Assembly (NCBI GenBank): GCA_965223905.1
Contig: CBDCXV010000010.1
Location: 448,001 to 512,000 of the forward strand
Reading direction: 5' to 3'
DNA: 64,000 nt
Source: Candidatus Latescibacterota bacterium
GTDB lineage: Bacteria > Latescibacterota > UBA2968 > UBA8231
Shown: positions 48,575 to 59,676 of the stretch, one piece after another
How positions within the stretch are numbered: the first letter of the stretch is position 1
How the letters are laid out: every line of letters begins with the position of its first letter
Made by a program: the position numbers and the translations under genes
Notes under the pieces: model-generated
What the model was told of the DNA's origin: nothing
Database searches by the model: none
The model's input: only the letters and a program-made list of their open reading frames with translations

Positions 48575-50148
48575 TCACATGCCCCACACGGTGATTTCCT
48601 TCTCTCCCGTGCCGTCGCGGCGGAATATCTTGTCGTCCCATGACACCCCGGGGGTGCGGTCGAAGACCACGAGATGCCCCTCCTCAGCGGCGCAGCGATT
48701 CATGTACGCGCCGGTCTGCTCCAGACCCTCGCGCACGGTCTGCTCCAGGCTCCTGTAAAGCAACTTGCATTCGACCACCGCCTTCTGCACCGCTTGACCC
48801 GGCCGGGTGTCCCCGGGCAGCGGCCACAGGATCAGCAGGTCCGTGCGCTTCCGCCCGAGGCCGTACTCGCGCTCGATGCGACCGCCGCTGTTTACGATGC
48901 GCTGCAGGAACGCCTGAAGCAGCAACTGCGGACCGGCCTCCTTGTACTGGAAGCGCTCGACCCAGCGCTCGGAATGTTCGCGGAAGAACGCCTGGAAGGC
49001 GGCCAGCAGGTCGGCGAGGCGCAGGGTGCCGTCCGCATCGACGTACCAGGCCGGGTCTTGGTGGATGGACATCTCCTGGGTGGTCCAGGTCAGATCGCGC
49101 GGGATCACCTCGCGGTAGATCGGGTTGGCGATGCGGACGGGGCTGTCCCGCGCCACCAGGCCGAGGTCATCGGCGGGGATCGACTCGGGGGCGACCCCGC
49201 TCAGCAGCGGCTCGATCACCCGGCGCACCCTCTCCTCCTGCAGCTTGTCGGTAAGTTGATCGAGGTGGGTCTCGCGGCGCAGGATCAACTGCTCGCGGGC
49301 GTCCTGGACGGCCTCGGCGGTCACCTCCCGGCTGCGGTCGCGGCCGGCCTTGTTGCGGAAGCAAGCCTCGTACGCCAGGCGTTCACCAGCCAGGGCTGGC
49401 CACGGGTCAGTGCCCAGATCTCGTTCCGAGCCTCCCCGGCGAACACCTGCCCGGTCTCTTCGGTGTGCTGAGCCAGCAGTTCGCGCACGTCGCCCTCGGT
49501 GAAATCGCCCAGGCGCAGGGATTCGGCGCGGATGTTGAAGGCGCTGCCGCCGGCGACGACGGCGTTCTCGGCGCTGGAGCGGATGCGGTAATCGCGCACG
49601 TCCCGCACCCCGCACAGGATGACGCTCTGCGGAAACCGGCGCGGGCGCTCCGGGTAGCCGGCGCGGAGTTGCCGCAGCACCGCCAGCAGGGTGTCGCCGA
49701 TCAGCGCGTCGATCTCGTCGATCATCAACACCAGCGGCTTGGCGCCGGCCGCGGCCCAGCGGCCCAGCACCTCCTGCAGCACGCCGTGGGGGCCGGCCTC
49801 TTCGCTCACCTCGCGCACGACCTCTCTCAGGCTCCGGTTGCCCAGAATTTGTTCGGCCCTCGAAGCCAACTGACCCAGTATCGCCCGCATCGCCTCGGCC
49901 ATGTCCTCGCGGGCGGACTGGCCGATCTCCACGTTGACGTACACGCAGCGATACCGGCCGCTGCCGTTCAACTCCTCCATCAACGCCAGCAGCGCCGAGG
50001 TCTTGCCCGTCTGCCGGGGCGCGTGCAGCACGAAGTACTGCTTGCGCTCGATCAGCAGCAGCACCTCGTCGAGATCAAGCCGCTGCAATGGGTGGACGTG
50101 GTAGTGATCCGCCGGGATGATGGGGCCGGCCGTGTTGAAGAAACGCAT
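48575..50148 (-). pseudogene. AAA-like ATPase with C-terminal PD-(D/E)xK domain, frameshifted near 49378
   Basis: MRFFNTAGP, HAPRQTGKTS, MIDEID, GQPWLVNA then frame shift to LAYE, REYGLGRKRTDL...VVECK. Confidence 0.8.
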
Positions 50149-50828
50149 GGGCCTGTCATGGAACCGGGATCGCGCCTGCTCCCCGGCCTCGTATGTCAGC
50201 GATCTGTTGGTCACCAGCTTTGCCTCCTTTATCCGGGACCGCCCAAAGCAACGGCGATCACTTCGGGGGTCGAGGTCATGGAGGGGATCTCCGGGGTTGG
50301 GCCGGCCTCATTGCCGGACCTCTCAATATCCGACTTGCGCGGGACCTGCTGAGATTTTGCGACCGCGTGGACGCAGGGGGGCCGCGAACCCTCGGGGTCA
50401 TCACCGGTTGCGGCTACAGCTACCTCCGTGAGGGTGTAGTCGCCTACCGATCGCCGCGCTGGGCCCATCACAAAAGCTCCTGCGCCACGCACCAGAGCCT
50501 CTTTCCCTCGCACCCTTGCAGCCCAAGGAGATCTGCCGTATATCAGGGCTGCTGTCGGCCCCGACAAAGGAGAGCCGGCCCATGCTCCGCAGCAAAAAGC
50601 CCCCCAGTTCCGCTCCATCGTTCGGCGCGAACCGCCTTCGCAAGCGCGGCCGCAAACCACCACCACACCCCGGTCAAGAGTCACCCGGCGCCATCGTCAT
50701 CACCCCGCGCCGCAGCACGCACCATCGCCCATCCCGGCGCCGCGGACGGCACAGACGCAGCTACGGTCTCCTGGAGCCGTACCGTGAGGATTGCGGTTCA
50801 GGGATCGAGGAAAAAAAAGAAGTCGCCC

Positions 50829-51084
50829 ATGACTACGCGCATTTTTTCAGTAGAATATCAGGCAATCGTGCGCGCAGGCTTGCGCGCGATAATTGGAGGG
50901 CAAACGCGACATCGAGGTCGTCGGCGAGTCCGGATACGGCCGCACGGCGGTCGACATGGTCCGCGCCAGTCTGCCTGATGGGGTGGTCGTCGGCGTCGCC
51001 CTGCCGGAATTGAACGGCATCGAGACAGCGCGCCAGATCCCACGCAGAGGCCCCCGGCGTAACGGTGGTGGCCCTTGTCGCTGA
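50829..51084 (+). pseudogene. NarL-type receiver-domain remnant
   Basis: IVRAGLRAI then frame shift to DIEVVGE...PDGVVV...LPELNGIETARQI; acidic residues lost. Confidence 0.6.
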
Positions 51085-51187
51085 AAAAGATCCTGATACC
51101 CGTCACCGGTGGGAACAAAATTGCAGAAAAATCGCGATAAGCCGGTTTTTCGACCGTGACAAACATGCAAGAAAGAGATCATAAAGT

Positions 51188-52213
51188 ATGAGAAAAACAC
51201 TGCCTAGCGCAGAGCCACCCATTTGGGGGACTGTCGTTTATGCCTTTCCTCTATCGATTCTGGCGTCATCCGAGGACTATCTTCCATGGTTTTACAGCAG
51301 TTTCATTCAGCTCTGTGTTCCCAACTCCGATCCCCGTGCCGGGAACGCAGAGGTGTTCTTATACCAACCGTGGTTAACATCCATCGATGATCTTCTCCCA
51401 TGCCCCTTGTTGAAAGTCGCCACACTCGACCAGGAACTGGCAGCCAATTTGTGTAGGTCGGACATCATTAACTTCCTTATAGATTGCTTAAACGCTGACT
51501 ATTATGTTAAGCTTGAGGTAGACTACTTTTTTTTGCCTCCCATGCAAGGGTATAAGCAACGACATTTTGTACACCCGATACTTATTTTCGGCTACGACAC
51601 CGACATGGAGAGCTTCCAAATTCGCTGTTACGATTCTCGCGGACAGTTCGCGCCACACCAGGTTAAATTTCACGAGATCAGAGACGCGCAGGCTATTTCT
51701 GGCAAAAGACCGACAATCTTATACAAGTACCGCAGAGATCCAAACTTCCATTTTGCGTTTGATCCTGATCTCGTAATCCAGTTCATGTCTGACTATGTCA
51801 ATTCAGCGGATAGCGCTGCTCGATTTAGGATCATCAAGGAGACGGTGGATGTCTGGGGGATTGGCGTTTATGACTGGCTGACCGAGCAAATCAGTGATCT
51901 TTCCAAACAAGATAAATTGGGATTGCGGAGTGCGCTTATAAATTCATTCCGGATCCTTTGGGAGCATAAGAAGTGCATGGTGGCGCGGATTCAATACATG
52001 TGCGAACACGGATATTTACAGGAGGAGAACGCCTCGCTTGACGTATTCATGGAGATAGAACAAAAGATGGATATGGTCCGGTTGGTTATGCTGCGTTGGT
52101 CGATTAGCAGGCGCGTCGGGACGCTGGAGCACGTCAAGTCCTGGATACGGGAGATTGCAGAGCTGGAGAATGAAGCGTTGAGAGCCACGCTGAAGTCTGT
52201 ACAGGGACAGTAA
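51188..52213 (+). CDS. Low-GC hypothetical protein, BtrH_N/papain-fold-like
   Basis: WFYSSFIQL, VDYFFLP...HFVHPILIFGYD, LWEHKKCM. Confidence 0.6.
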   Translation: MRKTLPSAEPPIWGTVVYAFPLSILASSEDYLPWFYSSFIQLCVPNSDPRAGNAEVFLYQPWLTSIDDLLPCPLLKVATLDQELAANLCRSDIINFLIDCLNADYYVKLEVDYFFLPPMQGYKQRHFVHPILIFGYDTDMESFQIRCYDSRGQFAPHQVKFHEIRDAQAISGKRPTILYKYRRDPNFHFAFDPDLVIQFMSDYVNSADSAARFRIIKETVDVWGIGVYDWLTEQISDLSKQDKLGLRSALINSFRILWEHKKCMVARIQYMCEHGYLQEENASLDVFMEIEQKMDMVRLVMLRWSISRRVGTLEHVKSWIREIAELENEALRATLKSVQGQ

Positions 52214-52289
52214 TCACCTGACACCTCTGTAAGAGCTTTTCGCCAAGCTCGAATGTAAGCTGCTGAATCGTCAAGGGTTGACCTATCCC

Positions 52290-52440
52290 TGCGTCATCCT
52301 TCGGTTGTATAGCGCATGGGCTGTCTGGCCAGCGGGGCCCCTTCCAAGTCTACGACGGCATTATAGTCCGCAAGCGCCCCCTCAGTGTCGCCAATTCGTC
52401 CCCGTATTATCCCACGGTTGTTGAGCGCGCGGGCGAATGT
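52290..52440 (-). pseudogene. TPR-protein fragment
   Basis: ARALNNRGIIRGRIGDTEGALADYNAVV then frame shift to AHALYNR. Confidence 0.55.
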
Positions 52441-52590
52441 CAACGCCATTTTTCACCCGCCCACGGCTCGTGGTGGGATCGCCGATCCAGGCATCCAAAC
52501 GGTCTTCCCCTACCACTCGCGAAGTCCTTCCCTTCGTTTCAAGCAGACGGGGTCGCCACTCTCCATGCTCGCTACCCTCCCTCACTGTTC

Positions 52591-53364
52591 TCAAGGGTCG
52601 TCCACGTCGACGACCGCGCGCGCCTGGGGCGACAGCCGCGCCACCGTCCCGGGGCTGAGCGAGCGGCGCTGGTCGGTCTGCTGCGGGACGCTGCGGCGGC
52701 AGTAGTACCCGTGCATGCCCCAGCGCTTGCAACCGCTGGCATTGAACGTCCCCCCGTGCCAGAGGTGTCCGTTGAAGACCACCACCGTCCCGGCCGGCGC
52801 CTGCAGCTGCACCTGCTCAGGGTGAAGGTCCGTGGGGTCCTCCATCGCCTCGGCAGGGGTCCTGCGGCTCAGGTGCGATCCCGGCACCACGCGGGTGGCG
52901 CCGTTCTCTGCGGTGAAATCCGTTAGCAGCCAGACCGAGTTGCAGACCTGGAACTCCCCCGGCTCGACCCCCGTTCCCCAGTCGGCGTGGAAGCCCTGCA
53001 GCCCCTGCCCAGGGTGGGATGCCCGGGCGTTGAGCGAGGACAGCCTCAGATCGTCGCCGATGACGTGCCGGACCGCCGCCAGCAACCGGCGGTCGGTGAC
53101 GCACTTCTCGAACAGCGGGTCCTTGTCGATCAGGTTGGCCAGACGCGTGGTGCCCTCCTCCTGGTGCACCTCCTTGCCGGCCTCCTCCCCCTCCTTTTCT
53201 GCGAGCTCCTCGAGGCGGGCGACGAAGGCCGCCACCTCGGCCGGGGTCAGGACTTCGGCGAACGGCAGGTACCCCTGCTCGTCGAGGAAGGTCTTCTCCT
53301 CCGTCGAGAGCACGCCGTCGTGCACGCCGAGGCTGGCGAGGGCTTCCCGAATCTCCATGGTCAT
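52591..53364 (-). CDS. PhyH-family dioxygenase
   Basis: FLDEQGYL, GFHADW, NGATRVVPGSH, AGTVVVFNGHLWHG. Confidence 0.9.
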   Translation of the reverse strand: MTMEIREALASLGVHDGVLSTEEKTFLDEQGYLPFAEVLTPAEVAAFVARLEELAEKEGEEAGKEVHQEEGTTRLANLIDKDPLFEKCVTDRRLLAAVRHVIGDDLRLSSLNARASHPGQGLQGFHADWGTGVEPGEFQVCNSVWLLTDFTAENGATRVVPGSHLSRRTPAEAMEDPTDLHPEQVQLQAPAGTVVVFNGHLWHGGTFNASGCKRWGMHGYYCRRSVPQQTDQRRSLSPGTVARLSPQARAVVDVDDP

Positions 53365-53393
53365 TTCCGCCTGACTCCCCGGGGCTTACGCGG

Positions 53394-54299
53394 TCACGAC
53401 ATCCACGGGTACATCTCCCCGGCGAACGGCGCCGGCCCCTGCGGCCGCGGGTATCCCACCTTCTTCGGGTGCTTCTCCAGCGCCTCTTCCCAGGCGGCGG
53501 CCCACTCCTCGTAGGCAGTCAGCGCCCCGGGGTTCTCGCGGCTTCTCGCCACCAGGCCCGGCCACTCCGGTCTCGGCGAGGGGGTGCCGAGCCGCTGGTA
53601 GCGCAGGTCCATGCTCCAGCGGATACCGCCGGTCGCGTTGGGCCCGGAGCCGTGCGGGCAGAGCTTGTGGATGAAGATCACGTCCCCCTTCCGCATCGGC
53701 ACAGTCGCCGCTTCGTACTCGGGGAGCGAGCCGCCCCAGTACACGATTCCGCTTCGGTGCACCCGCCGCCCGACCTGCAGGCAGCCGTTCCCGGCGGTGG
53801 CCTCGGTCAGCGGCAACCAGACGGTCAGCACGAAGAGGTCCCGGGCCTCGGGAGTGGTGAAGATCGCGTCCTGGTGCCGGCCGGCGATGTTGGAATCCCT
53901 GTTCCGCGATTGGTCCGAGGGCAGCTTGGCGCGGATGTGGGAGATGGAGTTGCAGGAGATCTCCGGCCCGACGAACCCCTCGACCAGGTCGAGGAGATTG
54001 CCGTTGCGCATGAACTCGAAGGTCCCCCGCGGACGCGCCTGGCCGACGTCGAGGAACTCGTCCGAATCGAAGTAGGTCTCCTCGTCCTCGTCGCAGATGC
54101 GCGCCAGCCGCGTGTCGAACGGCTCCTCTTCGTGCAGGCGTGAAATCCGCCCCTCGGCGTGCAGCTTCTTCGCCAGGTCGGCGACGATGGCGGAGTAGTC
54201 GTCGATCACCGGCTGCAGGTCGCCGTCGGTCAGCGCCCCCTCGACCACTACGTATCCCTGGTCGACGAACTGCTCGCGGTGTCGTTCGCTCAGTTTCAT
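53394..54299 (-). CDS. PhyH-family dioxygenase
   Basis: FVDQGYVVVEG, HQD, VWLPL...NGCLQV, KGDVIFIHKLCPHGS, RWSMDLRY. Confidence 0.88.
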   Translation of the reverse strand: MKLSERHREQFVDQGYVVVEGALTDGDLQPVIDDYSAIVADLAKKLHAEGRISRLHEEEPFDTRLARICDEDEETYFDSDEFLDVGQARPRGTFEFMRNGNLLDLVEGFVGPEISCNSISHIRAKLPSDQSRNRDSNIAGRHQDAIFTTPEARDLFVLTVWLPLTEATAGNGCLQVGRRVHRSGIVYWGGSLPEYEAATVPMRKGDVIFIHKLCPHGSGPNATGGIRWSMDLRYQRLGTPSPRPEWPGLVARSRENPGALTAYEEWAAAWEEALEKHPKKVGYPRPQGPAPFAGEMYPWMS

Positions 54300-54679
54300 G
54301 TTCGCTCTCCAAGTGCCCTTCGGCGCAAGTATTCTCACCTGCCATCCTCAACAGCGGGTGAAACCCGAACCCATGCCATCTCCATGAATCGGAAATAAGG
54401 GTGTCGGTGCGCCCGAACCGCAAGGCGTGCTGCCCGGTAGCATCGGGTGGGATGCGGCGGAAAAGCGGATGCGACGGCTGCGTGCCCGGGTGAAACGGAC
54501 GATCTGCCTTGAGCGCGGGCGGCCATCGTCCTATATCATTTCCGGTGAAACGGGCCGGGCCGGGGTGACCGGCCAGGGTCCACGGGGATTCCGCCCACCA
54601 GTCAGCAGGTCTGATGGAACGACAACCGCTGCACGATTTCGGAGCAAATACTCTTCAACGGCGTCGCCCAAACCGTCGC

Positions 54680-54783
54680 GCGGGAGTGAGAGCGACCTCC
54701 CGGCGCCGCGGGGCAGGCCGGTGCGGCTGCGGTTCGCAGGTGCCTCGGTGAAGCTGTACGCGTTTCAGTCTGTCGGCGCCTGA
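54680..54783 (+). pseudogene. C-terminal remnant of a deleted gene
   Basis: GRPVRLRF...KLYAFQ tail ending immediately before the next ATG; no body upstream. Confidence 0.35.
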
Positions 54784-54784
54784 C

Positions 54785-56458
54785 ATGCCCGGCAACCCGC
54801 TACCCTACCGGTGGCCGCCGCGGATCATCTTCAATACCGACGGCTGCCTGGTCTTCAAGTACCTCAAACGCCGCAATTCCGACGACGTCACGGCCATGAT
54901 GGTGCCGCTGGCGGACACCGCCGTCGACGTCGTCTCCGTGCTCGTCGGCATCAACGACGACCTGAGCTGGCGGGGCAGCCCGCACGGCGAGCTGTGGGGG
55001 GAAACCATAGGCGCGCCGCCGCAGGGAATGGCCCCCGGCGATCTCCTGCAGAAGAACCTCGCCGCCATGGTAGAGGACGGGCACGACGTTTTCCAGCTGT
55101 ACGTCGATCGCGCGCGCCAGTCGGGCCTGGGCATCTACGCCTCCTTCCGCATGAACGACGCCCACCGCAACATGGAGCACCGCATGGCGGACGCGCGCCG
55201 CTCGGCCCTGATGCTGAATCGTCCCGATCTGCTGATCGGCTCGCCGGCACCCGGCGGCGCGACGGGGTACGCAGAGGACTTCAACTTCTGCTGGCAATGG
55301 GATTTCGCCCAGCCCGGGGTGCGCGGCCGTTTCCTCGGCCTGTTCGACGAAACCATGGCGCGCTACGATGTCGACGGCCTGGAGCTGGATTTCTGCCGAA
55401 CCCCCCCTTTCTTCAAACCGCACCAGGGATTCAAACAGAGCGCCACGATGACGGAGTTCATGCGTCAGGCGCGCGCGATCGTGCGCAGCCACGCAGCCGG
55501 GAAGGGCAGAGAGATGAAGCTTTGCTGCCGCGTCCCCTGCAGCTTCGACGCCTGCATGGAGCTGGGACTCGATCCGGAAACCTGGCTCGAGAACGGCCTG
55601 GTGGATATCGCGGCGGTTTCCTCCTCCGGAGGCTGGCAGCTGGAAATGGATGTGGAGCGAGCCGTGACCGCGGCGGGGAAGAGCGGGGCCCTCGTGTACG
55701 TCGGGTCGGCCGGGACGTACAAAGCGTCGCCGCAGGAGGGCTACGAGAGCGGCCAGCCTTCGCTGCGGCGCGCCATCGCCCTCAACGGCTATCGGCAGGG
55801 AGCCGCCGGCATCCATCTCTTCAACCACGACTACGCCAACCATCGCGCGCAGCCGGTGGCGGAGGGGGACGCGAGCGACATGCCCCCGGTCGCATCACCG
55901 CCACTCTACAGTGGGCTGCAGGCTTCGTTCGATTCGGACCGGTTTACGAGGAAGGACCTGCAGACTCTGTGCGATCTGGGCGATCCGCAAGCCCTGGCGC
56001 GGGTCGATCGCTGTTACCACCTGAACGACGGTTCCTACCTGGGCGACTTTCGACCGCAACTGCCGCGCAGGCTGGCCCTCACCGGCCGCGGGGCAGGTCC
56101 GGCCCACGCCCTGCGGCTTCCCATCGAGGACGACATCGACGGCGGACGGGCTGACGGGCGCATCGTCGGGACGGAGCTGCGCCTTCGCCTCACCGGGCAC
56201 GAGCCGTGCCTGCCGCGGATTCGCTGCGAGGTCAACGGACGGCGCGTCGACCTGCTGTCGGCGTGGAAAGTGCGGAACTCGCTGGACGAGGAATGGCTGG
56301 CGGTGGACGACCCCCCGCTGCGCCGCGGTGAAAACCGGGTTCTGGTGGTGATCGAGGGGTTCGACCTGCCGGAAGGGTACGAGCAGAAGGGGCCGGGACC
56401 GGGAGCGGGTTGGCCGACCTTGCATCAGTGTGAGCTGCTGGTCCGGTGCGCCGATTAG
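54785..56458 (+). CDS. GHL10/DUF187-like TIM-barrel protein (paralogue of 13474)
   Basis: RIIFNTDG, ASFRMNDAH, WDFAQPGVR, YDVDGLELDFCR, GIHLFN. Confidence 0.65.
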   Translation: MPGNPLPYRWPPRIIFNTDGCLVFKYLKRRNSDDVTAMMVPLADTAVDVVSVLVGINDDLSWRGSPHGELWGETIGAPPQGMAPGDLLQKNLAAMVEDGHDVFQLYVDRARQSGLGIYASFRMNDAHRNMEHRMADARRSALMLNRPDLLIGSPAPGGATGYAEDFNFCWQWDFAQPGVRGRFLGLFDETMARYDVDGLELDFCRTPPFFKPHQGFKQSATMTEFMRQARAIVRSHAAGKGREMKLCCRVPCSFDACMELGLDPETWLENGLVDIAAVSSSGGWQLEMDVERAVTAAGKSGALVYVGSAGTYKASPQEGYESGQPSLRRAIALNGYRQGAAGIHLFNHDYANHRAQPVAEGDASDMPPVASPPLYSGLQASFDSDRFTRKDLQTLCDLGDPQALARVDRCYHLNDGSYLGDFRPQLPRRLALTGRGAGPAHALRLPIEDDIDGGRADGRIVGTELRLRLTGHEPCLPRIRCEVNGRRVDLLSAWKVRNSLDEEWLAVDDPPLRRGENRVLVVIEGFDLPEGYEQKGPGPGAGWPTLHQCELLVRCAD

Positions 56459-56666
56459 AGCGGGTGCGCAGGAATCGTCGTCTACGGCTGGTATCGGGCG
56501 TTGCCGGCCGGCCGCCGGGGCAGCGACAAGCAACTGCAGACGGAGCCCGCGCCCAGCTGACGACGCCGGTCTCGGGTAATTGCCCCCGCAACCGATTCCG
56601 ATCCACCTTATCCGCGGTTTTCGCCAAGCCCACCTGTCACCTCAACCCACCGGAAACTTTTCATCC

Positions 56667-57077
56667 ATGTCCGAAGTCACCGATCAGACCATCCAGCAGG
56701 GGTTCGAACAGTTCGCCAGGATGGCGGGCGAGGAACGCGCCTCGCAGCTGCGCGAAGCCTGGCACCGCATCTCGCCGGACTTCGAGCATTTCGTCCTCGG
56801 CGCTCTGGGAGGCCAGGTCTGGACCCGGCCCGGCCTCGACCCGCGCACCCGCAGCCTGGTCACGATCTCGGCGCTGGCCGCTCTCAACCGCCCGCGCGCG
56901 CTGAGCCTGAACATCGAGATGGCCCTCGGCAACGGCGCCACCCGCGAGGAGATTCGCGAGACCCTGTTGCAGATGGCCTTTTACGCCGGCTTCCCGGTCG
57001 CCTGGGAGGGACTCGCCGCAGCCGATGAGGTCTTCAGGCAGCTCGACGCCGACTGTTCGGGAACGGCACCCATCTGA
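56667..57077 (+). CDS. Carboxymuconolactone decarboxylase family protein
   Basis: VWTRPGLDPRTRSLVTI...ALGNGATREEIRE...FYAGFP. Confidence 0.9.
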   Translation: MSEVTDQTIQQGFEQFARMAGEERASQLREAWHRISPDFEHFVLGALGGQVWTRPGLDPRTRSLVTISALAALNRPRALSLNIEMALGNGATREEIRETLLQMAFYAGFPVAWEGLAAADEVFRQLDADCSGTAPI

Positions 57078-57222
57078 TCGATGCGGTCCGTTTTTCGCCG
57101 AGCCGAACCGGTATGGGTGATCGCAGCCCGGGAGCGCGGCTTTGAGGACTGCGGCTATTTGCCCCTGCACGCGAGACTTTCGGATGCAGCGGTAGAGGGG
57201 CTTCGCAGCGTGATGGCACCTC

Positions 57223-58322
57223 TCAGCTCAGCTGCACCCGCCGCCCGGTGCGGGACGATTCGTACGCGGCGTCGATTATGTGCAGCACGCGCCGGGCATC
57301 TTCGGCGCTGACCAAAGGCCGCTCGTTCTCCCGCACGGCCTTAACGAACGCGGCGACGAACTGATACCCCCACTCATCTGCATACACGGGCCGGGGAGCG
57401 ACCTCCATGCGAAAGCTGCGCACCGGCGCCCCCTGCCATGCCGGCAGGGCGCTGGCGACGGCAAGCTCACCGGCGCCCGGCGACGGCCAGGTCGCCGTAC
57501 CGAGGGTGCCGCGCAGACCGAAGTAAGTGTCGTTTCGGGGACCGACACCGGGCAGGAGATACCCCATGTGCAGACAGGCGTGCACGCCGTTGTCGAATTC
57601 CAGCGCGACCGTGGCCACATCTTCCAGGCCCTCTTCCATGGCGCCGATCGCGCGGCCGCACAGGGCGGTCACCGACCTGACCTGTGCGCCGCTGAAGAAG
57701 TGGAAGAGAGTGAGCCAGTGGCCGCCCTCCATATGGAGGATGCCGCCCCCTTCGCCGGCGCTGGTGTACATCCAGTGTTCCGGGTCGCGCATTCCGGGCC
57801 CGACCTGGAGCGTGACCAGGCGGGCCTCCATGGCCACCAGGTCGCCGAGAAGACCGGCGTCGATATGGCGCTTGATCTCGAGGGCGACCGGATGGCAGAC
57901 CCACGGGTACCCCGCTTGAATCACCAGACCCCGGTCGGCCGCAACCCTGCAAAGCGGGTCCAGCTCCGCGGCGGTTCGCGCCGCCTGTTTCTCGATGTAC
58001 AGGTGCTTGCCCGCCTCGGCCAGGCGCAGAGCTGCCGAGGCCGCCTCCGACGGCGGCAGCATGACAAGGGCGGCGTCGAATTCCACATCGGCCAACAGGG
58101 CGGACAGATCCGTTTGGATGCCGGCCTCAGGGTCCGCTTTCCGGATCGCCTCGAGGGCGGCGGCTTCCGACCGATCCCATTCGCAGTAGGCGACCACATC
58201 CACATCGGGCTGGGCCTTGAACGATTTCAGCAGGCCGTGATTGCCGTCCGGATCGAGGTCCCCTGCGTGGATGCGCAGGCCGACTACGGCGGTTTTGAGA
58301 GAGGGCTTTCACAGTGGCCATA
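57223..58322 (-). CDS. Gfo/Idh/MocA oxidoreductase; apparent 1-bp frameshift near the start
   Basis: AGKHLYIEK, GGGILHMEGGH, IDAAYESSRTG; the LKTAVVGL N-terminal strand is preceded in frame by TGA near 58310. Confidence 0.75.
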
Positions 58323-58616
58323 TTCATCACCTGCTCAGGGCGGGAGGTTGTGTTGGTCAGCGCTATTCAGAAATATCGCCTGTCTCGACTGCGATTCCAT
58401 CGGTACCCGGGGAATGGGAGTCGAGGCGCAGGCGAGCATGGTACGCTCATGAACGCATCCGCCTTTACGGAGTGCCTCCAGCGCGCTGGAAGCAGCAGCA
58501 CAAGTCATCAGGGGCGAACCTCATGTCATCCACCGCGGAAGATGCGATGATTCGATGGCCGGGGGGTCCAATCCTCGAGGGATGACCCGGGAGAACACAT
58601 GAGGGAGACGGAGACG

Positions 58617-59660
58617 ATGTACTACCGACGTCCGCTGCATATCCTCAGTGGGATCTATCGCCCCCTGCCGGCACGGCGCTTCGTCATGACGACGATGGGC
58701 GGGTACTGGCCGGTCCTCCAGAAGCTGCACAACGGCCACCTCGGCGTCGTCACTCGAGACGGCGATTTCCACCTTGGAGAGCGGGGCCGCCTGGTCTTCG
58801 TCCATTCCCCGGACGGCGGGGAGTCGTGGAGCCGTTCCATCGCGATATCGGAAGAGGGATCCGACAACCGCAACCCCGCCTTCGGGGTCACATCCCGGGG
58901 GACGCTGCTCGCCTCTTTCATCAAGCAGGTGAACTACACGGACGGCCTGTACGACAGGGTCCATACGGTGCCGACCCCGCTGTACCTGGCGCGCTCCGAG
59001 GACCACGGGCAGACCTGGGCAACCGGGCTTGCCCAGGTGGAAGGCCACGACGAATTCATCGTCGGGTCCCCCTTCGGCAAGATGATCACCCGTGCCGACG
59101 GGGGCGTGACCATGCCCTTCTACCGGGACGGGGCCAGCGCCTTCATCACCTCGTGGGACGACGGACGGACGTGGAGCGCACCCAACGTCATCTCTGACCG
59201 CGGCTACAACGAGACGGGACTGTGCGACCTGGGCGGCGGCCGCTTCCTTGCCGTGTTCCGCGACGACGGTCAGGGCGCGTTGTCGCAGTCCGTCTCCGGC
59301 GACGACGGCGCCACCTGGTCCGATCCGGTGCGGATTACCGAACCTGCAGAGCATCCGGGCGACGTCATCAAGCTCGCCGATGGGCGCCTGCTCCTCACCT
59401 ATGGCAGGCGCACGACCCCGTTCGGGGTCTTCGGTCTCGTCAGCCGCAACGATGGCGAAACCTGGGACCGGGACAACCGGCTGCTCCTCGTCGCCGACGC
59501 GGGCAGCGATCTGGGATACCCGAGCAGCATCCAGCGCGACGACGGCGCGGTCGTGACCGTCTATTACTCGGACCAGCTGCATATCCGCCGTGGACCGCGC
59601 TCGGAGACCATAGGTATCCACGGCGCCGCGGTCGTTTACCGCCCCGAAGACCTGCCATGA
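58617..59660 (+). CDS. BNR/Asp-box sialidase-like protein
   Basis: SPDGGESW, SEDHGQTW, SWDDGRTW, SGDDGATW, SRNDGETW, DLGYPSS. Confidence 0.85.
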   Translation: MYYRRPLHILSGIYRPLPARRFVMTTMGGYWPVLQKLHNGHLGVVTRDGDFHLGERGRLVFVHSPDGGESWSRSIAISEEGSDNRNPAFGVTSRGTLLASFIKQVNYTDGLYDRVHTVPTPLYLARSEDHGQTWATGLAQVEGHDEFIVGSPFGKMITRADGGVTMPFYRDGASAFITSWDDGRTWSAPNVISDRGYNETGLCDLGGGRFLAVFRDDGQGALSQSVSGDDGATWSDPVRITEPAEHPGDVIKLADGRLLLTYGRRTTPFGVFGLVSRNDGETWDRDNRLLLVADAGSDLGYPSSIQRDDGAVVTVYYSDQLHIRRGPRSETIGIHGAAVVYRPEDLP

Positions 59661-59676
59661 GAGGACTCGTCAAAAG

